In this document: positions 20,881 through 29,725 of the stretch, piece after piece | Position numbering within the stretch: the first letter of the stretch is position 1 | How the letters are laid out: the number at the start of each line of letters is the position of its first letter | Source: a virus | DNA length: 64,000 nt | Reading direction: 5' to 3' (one strand) | Virus record (IMG/VR): IMGVR_UViG_3300025978_000012 | Span: 1-64,000 of that record | Program-made: the position numbers and the translations under genes | Notes under the pieces: generated by a model | The model's input: only the letters and a program-made list of their open reading frames with translations | Databases searched by the model: none | What the model was told of the DNA's origin: nothing

Positions 20881-21062
20881 CAATTATTTGAAATCATTGT
20901 TCGGCACTGGCGGCATTTCATTTCTTCTTTTCCAGTTATTTTGTTTCGATGTAAAAGGGTTATTTTTCGATAAAGAATTTCTTTTTCATTTTCGATTGAT
21001 AATACTGTATTACAATTGGGACATTTGTGTTTGATTCCATTTTCTATTAAAATTTCTTTCAT
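20877..21062 (-). CDS. Small zinc-ribbon protein (Com-like)
   Basis: CPNC...CRQC in 61 aa. Confidence 0.6.
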   Translation of the reverse strand: MKEILIENGIKHKCPNCNTVLSIENEKEILYRKITLLHRNKITGKEEMKCRQCRTMISNNC

Positions 21063-21064
21063 TA

Positions 21065-24000
21065 TTATTTGTCCTTTTTAGAGTTATCTTTTTCCCTTGT
21101 GGGATTAGAGATATTTTTATTTTTAATATTTTCTTTTTTCTTTTCGGATAGGGATTCGCCTGTCTTTTCAATCGCTTCTCCGGTTACGGGAACAGTCTCT
21201 TTTGCTGACAGTGCATTCGCTAGAATGTCAGCTACTTTTTTTAAGGCATCCCTCATTATTCCACGTTTTCCGCTAGAATCAGATTTTTTTTGTTGATCCG
21301 GTTTTTTTTTGTCTGTTTTCTTTTCATCTGTGTTTTTATTAGATTTTGGTTTCTTTCCTTCTTTTACCGGTTCCCATTTTCCCGGACCGACTTTTCGCCA
21401 TTTGCTGCCATCGGAATATGTATGCACCGCACCGACTTCTGCTTTTTTGGCTTTTTGGAGTTCGGAGAAAAGTAAGTAAGCGGCTTTGTACATTTTTTGT
21501 TGAGAAGTTCCATTTTTTCTTATTAATTCATTTGGTTTTATTAAATTAAAAATTGACTTTTTGAGAGGGGATTTCTTTTCTTCGTTATTATGTTTATCCA
21601 ATTCTTTTGACATTTTTTCTTTTATGGCATCAAAATCATCGGCATTACTTATTGTTCCTTCGAAATTAGAAACAATTGTTTTTGACGGAATATGTTTAAT
21701 TGAAAATTTAACCTCTCCGGTATTTCCATCAACACTAGAAATTAACGCATATTGATTTGTATTGGAAGCGTTACGGCCAACAGAATTTATATGATTTTTA
21801 AATTCTTCTATTTTCGGATTTAATTTACTTAATGCTATTTTTTTATTCTTATGTAACGTAATTTCGCTTTTGTCTGGTTGTTTTTTTGACATTATTTCTC
21901 TTGCTTCCGAATGATCTAACCCAAGCAATTCTTTCATGGAATATTTTACACCAGAGGAACTTGTGACTGAAAATTCACTTTTTTTAGCTATTCGGGGATT
22001 GCCGTTCGGATTTCCGAGTGGTATTTCATCACCTACTTTCAATTTATTCCAATATTCGACTTTGGCTTCTTTTATTTTTTCTTTTTTATTAAGAGTTGAT
22101 TCTTCTTTTTTCTTATTTTCTTCTTTTTTGATTTTGTCAATTCCAAGCAATGATTCGATATCATTTGTTTTTTCCTTTATCCATAAATCAAAATTATCCT
22201 GAGACCGATCAAGCCCCCTTCCCCTGAAATCCGCCTGCTTTTTGTTAAAATTACTTCTACCGGCTACTGCCGAAGAAAACATTGAAGATGCAGATTTCCA
22301 TATTTTTTCTCTTTCAGATAAATATTCTTTTTGAAAATTTTCTATTATTCCTTCAAGCTTTGTTTCATCAATATCAGGAATATATTTTTTTATATTTTCT
22401 TTAATTTCCTTAGTTACATCTTCAAAATATTTCTTTTCCACTTTTGCTGTATTTGATGGAGACAAATGAACGCTACTATATGCAGATTCTACTCTTTTGG
22501 ATGGGAATTCCACAATTGATTCTTTATTTGTTTCATCTCCATGATGTTTTTTTGAATCAGGATATTCGTAAAGCCAATCACCGCCTCTTCCTTTCCATCT
22601 TTTAATATATTTATGTCCTGGATGTTCCCCAAAATATGCTTTTTGTAATATTTCTTCGTCTTTTATGTACTTGTGCGGACCCGGCCTATCGGCCTTTTGT
22701 ATTTTATTATAGATAGCTTTTTGTAAAATATCTGATGATTTCAATAATTCATTAGCATCCAATAATTTTTGAAAATAATCTTTTACATCTCCTTCAAATT
22801 TTATTCTATATCCAATAGCCCCTGCCCCCCCTGTTCTTATATTATTTTTTGACCAATTATCTCCATCCATCCCATTATTTTCAACATTCCAAATATATTC
22901 TTTATTGTCATCAATTAATAAATACGATCCTCCACCATAAATATTCATTGTATCAAAATATACTGTTCCTTTAAGATTTATTTGTTGTTCTGATTTAAAA
23001 TATTCCCCTTTGTCTTGAATTAATTTTTCAATTTTTTCTTTTGCTTGATTAAAATTATTTTTTATTTCATTTTCTTTTTTAATTTTTTCTTGTTTTTCAT
23101 TATATTGTTTTATTTCATCTTCTGTTGCTTTGCGATAATAATAGTACGATCCCCATTCACCTTCATGGCCTAATGTTTCAAAATATATAGACGGCATATT
23201 TTCGTCAATTTTAAATGATTTTCCTTGTTTTTCATACACAATAATTGAATTTCCACTTTTTATAGGAATATTCAATTGTGGAGATTTTGAATCTGGAAAT
23301 ATAGATTTTCCTCGTCCTTCTTCTTTGTTTTTATTTTCTTGTTCTTGTTTTTTTTCTTTTATAGAATCTAAAATTTTATTTAATTTTTCTTTTTTTTCTG
23401 GATAATTTTCAATTCCTAAAATCTTTAATGTTTGCAATCCTTTTTCATATACATATCCCTTATCTGCGGCTTCTTTCATATATTCAAGATAATTATTTAT
23501 TTTTTCAATATCTTTTTTATTTCTTACTTTAACATGAATTTCTTTTAATTCTTTTAAAAGTTCTTCTACTTTGTTAATTCCTAATTGTTTTAATCTTTCA
23601 ACCCCTTTGTCATATATATATCCTTTGTTTGCAGCTTCTCTTACATATCCCATCCATCTGTCTAGTTCTTTTTTGTTTATTTCTGTGTTTGATTTTTCTT
23701 TTATTTCTTCAATTTCATTATCAGAAATAGGATATATTTGTATTTTTACACCATATTTATTTTCTTCTTTATGTTTTAATGCATTGATTGTAATTTTATC
23801 ACCAGGTTTAAAATTCTTACTTGAATCGTTAATATATAAATCCATTTGAAAAGTTTTACCAGGATTTACGACTTTAAAATATTTTCTACCTTGTGAAATA
23901 ATTTCTAATTCTATCTTTGAAGGTTTTATGTTTTTAAATTGTTCTGGAATATTTTCTGTTTCTTTTTTTTTTACTTTTTCATCTAATTTGTCTTCTTCTT

Positions 24001-25033
24001 CTTTAATTGATTCTTTATTTGTTTCATCTCCATGATGTTTTTTTGAATCAGGATATTCGTAAAGCCAATCACCGCCTTTTCCTTTCCATCTTTTAATATA
24101 TTTATGTCCTGGACGTTCCCCAAAAGATGCTTTTTGTAATATTTCTTCGTCGTCTTCTTCCATATGCTTTTCACCACTTTCGCTATATGCGATAGCGATG
24201 GCTTGTTCACGATTTGTTACTATTTTTCCATCACTTGAATGGAGTGTACCTCTTCCGAATTCATGCATTACGGCATCAAATTTATCTTTGGGGGAAAGTC
24301 CTTTTCTTTTTTTAGCTCCCGCGCCCAATTTATTTGAATGTTTATATATGCTTTCTGAAATAGCCTTTTCCATTTTCTCATTCTTTACAATATTCATTTT
24401 CCCATCTTTGTATTCAAGTGCCATTTTACCATCATTAGAAACAAATTTTTTATGTTCAAAATCCAGTTTTCCACCACGAAAAATAGCACGATGTTCCGAA
24501 CTCATACCTTCAATCGCAATTCTAAATTTTTCATGCAATTTGCTTGGTGTCAACGGACCTTCATCTTTTTCTTTCCCACCCTTCGGGGCTTCGACATAAG
24601 ATTTATTTCCATGCCCTGAAACAGGTTCCCAAACTTTATCGCTAACTTTTTTATATTGCTTTCCGTCTCCCCATGTAGCGGTTGTTCCAATGGGCATTGC
24701 TCTGGCTTTTTCCATTTCATCGTTATTTATTTTAAGAAAAATTTTTTTTCCGTTTTCACTGTACAATTCAATCATTTTCATATTATACGCCTTTTTCATT
24801 AAAATTTCTTTTATTTCAGTAGTATATTTCAAATTTTCATCGATAAGTCCAGCACTTTTTAACTCAAAATAGTATCGTGAATTTTCTTTTAAATGATCTG
24901 CGGCTATTTTAGCCGCCTCTTCTGGTCCCTCGTGATGTTCCATCTCGATTTGTATTCCCATTGCGAATTGAAGTGGATCAAATTTTTTAAATTTTGATTT
25001 ATTTTGTTTTATAAATTCAATAATTTTATTCAT
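21065..25033 (-). CDS. Large modular (polyvalent-type) head-associated protein: DUF5661-like N-terminus, DUF6496-like domain, repeated KA-linked modules
   Basis: GIQIEMEH...IAADHL...YY; VMHEFGRGTLHSS...QAIAIAYSE; internal repeats. Confidence 0.75.
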   Translation of the reverse strand: MNKIIEFIKQNKSKFKKFDPLQFAMGIQIEMEHHEGPEEAAKIAADHLKENSRYYFELKSAGLIDENLKYTTEIKEILMKKAYNMKMIELYSENGKKIFLKINNDEMEKARAMPIGTTATWGDGKQYKKVSDKVWEPVSGHGNKSYVEAPKGGKEKDEGPLTPSKLHEKFRIAIEGMSSEHRAIFRGGKLDFEHKKFVSNDGKMALEYKDGKMNIVKNEKMEKAISESIYKHSNKLGAGAKKRKGLSPKDKFDAVMHEFGRGTLHSSDGKIVTNREQAIAIAYSESGEKHMEEDDEEILQKASFGERPGHKYIKRWKGKGGDWLYEYPDSKKHHGDETNKESIKEEEDKLDEKVKKKETENIPEQFKNIKPSKIELEIISQGRKYFKVVNPGKTFQMDLYINDSSKNFKPGDKITINALKHKEENKYGVKIQIYPISDNEIEEIKEKSNTEINKKELDRWMGYVREAANKGYIYDKGVERLKQLGINKVEELLKELKEIHVKVRNKKDIEKINNYLEYMKEAADKGYVYEKGLQTLKILGIENYPEKKEKLNKILDSIKEKKQEQENKNKEEGRGKSIFPDSKSPQLNIPIKSGNSIIVYEKQGKSFKIDENMPSIYFETLGHEGEWGSYYYYRKATEDEIKQYNEKQEKIKKENEIKNNFNQAKEKIEKLIQDKGEYFKSEQQINLKGTVYFDTMNIYGGGSYLLIDDNKEYIWNVENNGMDGDNWSKNNIRTGGAGAIGYRIKFEGDVKDYFQKLLDANELLKSSDILQKAIYNKIQKADRPGPHKYIKDEEILQKAYFGEHPGHKYIKRWKGRGGDWLYEYPDSKKHHGDETNKESIVEFPSKRVESAYSSVHLSPSNTAKVEKKYFEDVTKEIKENIKKYIPDIDETKLEGIIENFQKEYLSEREKIWKSASSMFSSAVAGRSNFNKKQADFRGRGLDRSQDNFDLWIKEKTNDIESLLGIDKIKKEENKKKEESTLNKKEKIKEAKVEYWNKLKVGDEIPLGNPNGNPRIAKKSEFSVTSSSGVKYSMKELLGLDHSEAREIMSKKQPDKSEITLHKNKKIALSKLNPKIEEFKNHINSVGRNASNTNQYALISSVDGNTGEVKFSIKHIPSKTIVSNFEGTISNADDFDAIKEKMSKELDKHNNEEKKSPLKKSIFNLIKPNELIRKNGTSQQKMYKAAYLLFSELQKAKKAEVGAVHTYSDGSKWRKVGPGKWEPVKEGKKPKSNKNTDEKKTDKKKPDQQKKSDSSGKRGIMRDALKKVADILANALSAKETVPVTGEAIEKTGESLSEKKKENIKNKNISNPTREKDNSKKDK
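22514..22660. repeat. 147-bp direct repeat, copy A
   Basis: 3 mismatches to 24005-24151. Confidence 0.95.
24005..24151. repeat. 147-bp direct repeat, copy B
   Basis: 3 mismatches to 22514-22660. Confidence 0.95.
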
Positions 25034-27273
25034 ATTTTTTTATACTCAAATTGATTTGTTTTAGGATTGAATTTTTTAAAAAATGCTTTTAACATTTGTT
25101 CATTTTCTTTAAAAAATTGCTCCATAAGTGGCATTATTTTTTCTTTAAAAATTTCATCAGAAGGATGATTTTTTTTATCATTCCATTGTTTTAAAATATC
25201 ATCATTTCCACTTTTTATAGCCCAATATTGCTCCATTGCTCTTGCAAAACACTCTGCCGTTCTATTTTGATATTTCGATTTTTGAGGTTTTTCCATATTT
25301 TTACGAAACAAATAAGCTATTTTACCGGCAATATGATTGGGGTCATCGCTAATGTAATGTCTTTTTGATTTGTTTCCCATATAATAATCCATAAAATGTC
25401 CCCATTCATGGGATAATATAAATCCTGTTCCTTTTTCACCTGATTCTGTTATTCCTATTGCGTGATAATATGGGAAAAACAAACCACATGCTTTCCGAGC
25501 GTGCATCATTTTTGTACCTGCATGACTTATTTTTAATCCGAAGTTTTTAGCCATTGATGATCTATCTCCAAAAATTTCATAAACTAAATCAATAGCGTTT
25601 TTAATTTCTTTTATTTCTTCTTTTTTTATTTCAGCACCATTTTGACGTTTTACTTTTACTCCATATTTTTCAAGCAAGTCGTTTTTAGTGCCTTTGTCGC
25701 CGTATGAAGTTTCTTCTCCTTTTGCATGAGCGTTATAAAATTCTTCAAGTTGAATCTCCATATCTTCTGTCTTTTGACGTAAATCTTCTCGTAATTTTTT
25801 GTACTCATTCCACATGGATAATGAATAATTTATTTTTTTTTCATTAAAGTCATTCATGAAATTTTGTTGAGCATATGACATTTTGTTTTCCGGCATTACC
25901 ATAACGCGGCTTTTCATTCTTTTTCTCAAATATTCATCGTCGTATCTTCCGGGAGATTCACTTTTTATTTTTTCTATTCTTTTATTTATTTCTTCTTTTC
26001 TTTTTTCTTTTATTATTTTAAGCCAATAATCTTGTGTTGCAGCGAGTACATCCCTCGTTACAATTGCATAATTATTCTCACCTTGTATTTCTTGACTTGT
26101 CCCGCGAATATGTTCTCTTGAAGTTTGTATCAAATATTTATTTTCTTCAAGTTTAACAAATAAAAGAATATTCCCATTATATTTAAACCAATTTTCATCC
26201 ACAACCGGGATATAGGAAGGCTTTATCGTATCCATTATTTTCTTTTCAGAAATTAAATAAATATCTTTTGAGGCAACGGCGGTATAATCCAATGCCGAAA
26301 CTTCTGAAGGATTACCACCTTTATAAAATGGAATTGTAATTTTCGATTCAATAGGTTTAAAATCAACTATTGGAATACTTATGTTTTCTTCATTTACAGG
26401 TTCAGCACCCATTATTTCACGTTCTTTCTCAAGGCGAGTTTCAGGGGTAACTTCAGTAATTATTTTTGCTATTTTTATATCTTTTTTATTTTTAATTTCT
26501 GATTCTTCTTTTTTTTGTTCTGGTTGTTTTTCAGGCATTGATTCAAAATTGTTGGGTGCTTTTTCTGTTCCTTTTTGTTTCTGTTTGTTATTTTGAATAC
26601 TCCCTCCATACAACTCATTTATAATTTTCATTACTCCGATTTTAAAAGTTGATTTTTTTACTTCGTTGCCAGTAGACGGAGTTGTTTTTTTCTTCTTTTT
26701 GCCATCACTAGGCTTTTTTTCTGCTGTTTCTTTTTTACCGGAGAATACCAATTGCCACTTGGCTTGATTTTTGAAATATTCATCAATATGCTGTTTCCAA
26801 CCGTCCCATGTGAGATTGAATTTTTTATCAAGTTGTTGTTCTTTATAATCTTCTGCAATTTTTTTATTTACTTCTTTTGATTCTTTAAACCCAAATAAAT
26901 TAGCGATAATGTCAATCCAAGACGCTTTTGATTGTTGGTGTCCTTTCGGATCAAAATAAAAATAATCCCAACCTTTACCGGATTTTTTAGGGACGCGTTT
27001 GATGTACTTGTGGCCGGGGCGGGGGGAACCGGAGGCTTTGGTCATACCACCTTTTCCATCAGATTTTCTATTTATATATTTATGCCCAGGTCTCGGACCA
27101 ATCGCCTTATTTAATTCAACCAATCCAAAATTTTTAAAATAATATTCAGGATCAGATTGAAGTCGTTTTATGGCGGTTATTGAAGCTTGTTTTGAATCGA
27201 AAGTTTTTTGTAATTCAATTTCTATTGCATCACGTAATAGTTGCGGAGAGTAAGAAAGTTTAGAAAAGTCCAT
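25030..27273 (-). CDS. Polyvalent-type protein with C-terminal LPD1-like zincin domain
   Basis: SHEWGHFMDY ... AECFARAMEQY; degenerate DUF5661-like N-terminus; two PGHKYI motifs. Confidence 0.75.
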   Translation of the reverse strand: MDFSKLSYSPQLLRDAIEIELQKTFDSKQASITAIKRLQSDPEYYFKNFGLVELNKAIGPRPGHKYINRKSDGKGGMTKASGSPRPGHKYIKRVPKKSGKGWDYFYFDPKGHQQSKASWIDIIANLFGFKESKEVNKKIAEDYKEQQLDKKFNLTWDGWKQHIDEYFKNQAKWQLVFSGKKETAEKKPSDGKKKKKTTPSTGNEVKKSTFKIGVMKIINELYGGSIQNNKQKQKGTEKAPNNFESMPEKQPEQKKEESEIKNKKDIKIAKIITEVTPETRLEKEREIMGAEPVNEENISIPIVDFKPIESKITIPFYKGGNPSEVSALDYTAVASKDIYLISEKKIMDTIKPSYIPVVDENWFKYNGNILLFVKLEENKYLIQTSREHIRGTSQEIQGENNYAIVTRDVLAATQDYWLKIIKEKRKEEINKRIEKIKSESPGRYDDEYLRKRMKSRVMVMPENKMSYAQQNFMNDFNEKKINYSLSMWNEYKKLREDLRQKTEDMEIQLEEFYNAHAKGEETSYGDKGTKNDLLEKYGVKVKRQNGAEIKKEEIKEIKNAIDLVYEIFGDRSSMAKNFGLKISHAGTKMMHARKACGLFFPYYHAIGITESGEKGTGFILSHEWGHFMDYYMGNKSKRHYISDDPNHIAGKIAYLFRKNMEKPQKSKYQNRTAECFARAMEQYWAIKSGNDDILKQWNDKKNHPSDEIFKEKIMPLMEQFFKENEQMLKAFFKKFNPKTNQFEYKKI

Positions 27274-27285
27274 TATATAAATCCT

Positions 27286-27543
27286 TTAGTCATGTTTCCG
27301 ACAATCAGCAGAAATAACTTTTCCGTATGGAGCGCAATAAAAGCAATCGCAATTCCAGTATCTAACGTCTATTATATTCATGATCTTGCAATATAAATTA
27401 CTTCGTTCTTTCCCTTTTCGATACATTATACATTCTGTTACATGTTCATATTTCAAATCAATCTTACATACATTAAAAACTTTTACACAAGATTGACAAA
27501 GACTTTTATTTGAATCAAGAATAGGGTTCGTAAGTATTGCCAT
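27286..27543 (-). CDS. Small Cys-rich hypothetical protein
   Basis: 85 aa with CxxC and CxCxxC. Confidence 0.45.
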   Translation of the reverse strand: MAILTNPILDSNKSLCQSCVKVFNVCKIDLKYEHVTECIMYRKGKERSNLYCKIMNIIDVRYWNCDCFYCAPYGKVISADCRKHD

Positions 27544-29563
27544 TTTTTATCCACTCTCTTAATTTTTTTGTATTCGTAGGAATAATTGATAGAATATTTT
27601 TTTCCCATCCTTGTCGATAATTTGAAAGATACAATTTTCTGGCTTCGTCAAGAGTTTCACATCCCAAAATTATTTTGACTTCATCAAAAATATTATTTCT
27701 ACCCTGATTTATTATGAATACACGACTTGCGCCAATTTTAGGACCGATATAACAATCAATAGGTTCATTGTCTGTGCCATCTGATCCGGTTATATAACCA
27801 TAGTGCGCTTTCATTTTTGAGGCCCACGGTTTGCCATCATTGGCTAATCCAAATCGCCAACTTCCCTTGGGATTTTCTATAGAAATATTTATATTTTTAT
27901 AAATTATTTTTCCTTTTTTATAATTTCCATTTTCTTTTTGTTTTTCAGTAGGTTCCACAAATTCCATTTCTTCAAGTTGTTTTTTTACTGATTTAATTTC
28001 ATTTTTTTCGTAGAATATATTTTTAATTATTTCAATTATTTTATCGTTTCGCTGATTGAAATTTACGGCAGTTCCGCCAGCCGCAGTCCACGAATCAAGA
28101 TTCACGGAAGTATCGTCTATTAATATACTTGTTTCATCTATTACATACTCTTCTTTATTATCAGAAAATATAACAGTATATTGCTCCCCAAAATTTTCTT
28201 TGATCCAATAAATTTTATCATGTTTGCAATTATCCATACCAGGACAGGGTGTAGTTAAAAATATAATAATATAATCATCTTTTAATAAATTAAATAATTC
28301 GCGTCCCTTCTCAATTACCTGAAGATTGCGAAAAAAAGAAGGAACACTTATTACCGCCTGATGTATGGTAAAGGGGTCGTCTTGATAGGCATCACGTAAA
28401 AATGTATTTTTATATTCTTTTGCAAAATTGCAAACTACTCCATCCATATCAAAAAAAATTTGTTTTCTGTTTGCATAAGGCGTAGCTTTTTCAAGAGGAG
28501 AAAAAATAATTTTATTTTTATTAACCGGTATTATCGCCTTTTCAAATTTTATGTATTGAATTCCATTTTCAACTTTTATAATATTATTATTTAAAATTTT
28601 ACGTGGTATTTCAATATCTTGAATTTTTTCAAGCATTCCCGCTTTACGCAAAAATTGTCCTGTTGCTTTATTGTATCTTGGATTAAGGTATTCGAATATG
28701 TCATTTTTATTAGATTCCCATATATCGTTTATCATTTTATCATTTGCAATACGTTCGAATACTTTTTGAAGTGATGCAAGACCATTTGGCTCTTCATATT
28801 CAAGAATATTATAAAATGATTTATTAATTAAAATGCTTTTAAGATACCATTTATAGATAGTACAAAACATTTCTTCTGGATCGTGTCGTTCCCAATCATA
28901 TTCGTATATAGCGGTTGGTCTAACAATTTTAAATAATGCCTTAAATTTTTCTTTTTCTTCAGATAATACAACTGTACGCCAAAAAAGATGTCCCATTTCA
29001 TGTAAACAATTGTCAATATAATTTGATTGACTGTAAATATTTATATTGGCTCCTACAAGCATTGATACAATTTTTTTCTTTTGAAATTCTTCTGATGGAA
29101 CAAGAAAATTGAACACTGCCGAATGTGCGGGTAAAAAAATTTCTCCCAAACAAAGTTTTCCAATAATATTATTAAATTGAGATAAACTGAATTTACAAGT
29201 ATTTCCATTGCTATCAATTTCGATCCAATCGGATCGTCCGATAATAGCGAAAGGAATATTTCCTGAAGTTTTATTATAATCTTCTTCATTTATTTTAACG
29301 TCTTCTATAATAACGGCCTTTACCATTTTTTCGATAGGAAAATTACTTTCTTCAGAATCAATAAATTTTCCGTCTTCAAATCCGATGACTAAATGTTCCT
29401 CAACAACAAATGGATTTCCTGAATGGATTGCTTTCAATAATTCAGATTTTTCATAATTTCCGTATGATATTTCATAATCTTTTTCTAATATTTTTTTTGC
29501 TTTTTCAAGATTTTCATAAGGAATATTTTTTTTTGAAAGCTTAATTATTTCGCTTCTTTCCAT
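27515..29563 (-). CDS. Polyvalent protein: zincin metallopeptidase + HAD 5'-nucleotidase (NT5C-like) + inorganic pyrophosphatase-like domain
   Basis: HEMGH...PEEMF; FFDMDGV...LIDD; PTEKQKENGNYKKG...IENPKGS...HYGYI. Confidence 0.8.
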   Translation of the reverse strand: MERSEIIKLSKKNIPYENLEKAKKILEKDYEISYGNYEKSELLKAIHSGNPFVVEEHLVIGFEDGKFIDSEESNFPIEKMVKAVIIEDVKINEEDYNKTSGNIPFAIIGRSDWIEIDSNGNTCKFSLSQFNNIIGKLCLGEIFLPAHSAVFNFLVPSEEFQKKKIVSMLVGANINIYSQSNYIDNCLHEMGHLFWRTVVLSEEKEKFKALFKIVRPTAIYEYDWERHDPEEMFCTIYKWYLKSILINKSFYNILEYEEPNGLASLQKVFERIANDKMINDIWESNKNDIFEYLNPRYNKATGQFLRKAGMLEKIQDIEIPRKILNNNIIKVENGIQYIKFEKAIIPVNKNKIIFSPLEKATPYANRKQIFFDMDGVVCNFAKEYKNTFLRDAYQDDPFTIHQAVISVPSFFRNLQVIEKGRELFNLLKDDYIIIFLTTPCPGMDNCKHDKIYWIKENFGEQYTVIFSDNKEEYVIDETSILIDDTSVNLDSWTAAGGTAVNFNQRNDKIIEIIKNIFYEKNEIKSVKKQLEEMEFVEPTEKQKENGNYKKGKIIYKNINISIENPKGSWRFGLANDGKPWASKMKAHYGYITGSDGTDNEPIDCYIGPKIGASRVFIINQGRNNIFDEVKIILGCETLDEARKLYLSNYRQGWEKNILSIIPTNTKKLREWIKNGNTYEPYS

Positions 29564-29600
29564 TATTTTATTATACCAATTTCCAAAAAATATTAAAATA

Positions 29601-29630
29601 AGTATATAAATGATTGTTTTTTTTTGTCAA
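29601..29630 (-). promoter_or_regulatory. Sigma70-like promoter for the polyvalent-protein operon
   Basis: TTGACA-18 bp-TATACT on minus strand. Confidence 0.55.
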
Positions 29631-29665
29631 TTACTAAAAAAAATTGATAAAAATAATAAAAATGA

Positions 29666-29706
29666 TTGACAATTGACAAGATCAATTATATATTGATCTT
29701 GTCAAT
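29666..29706 (+). promoter_or_regulatory. Sigma70-like promoter overlapped by a perfect 15-5-15 inverted repeat
   Basis: TTGACA (29666)-17 bp-TATATT; attgacaagatcaat-tatat-attgatcttgtcaat at 29672-29706. Confidence 0.7.
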
Positions 29707-29725
29707 AAAAAAAAGAGGGTTATTT

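Noticed and set aside
22514-24151. Diversity-generating retroelement TR/VR pair
   Set aside because: Both copies are in-frame coding, the adenine differences are not confined to one copy, and no reverse transcriptase is in the window
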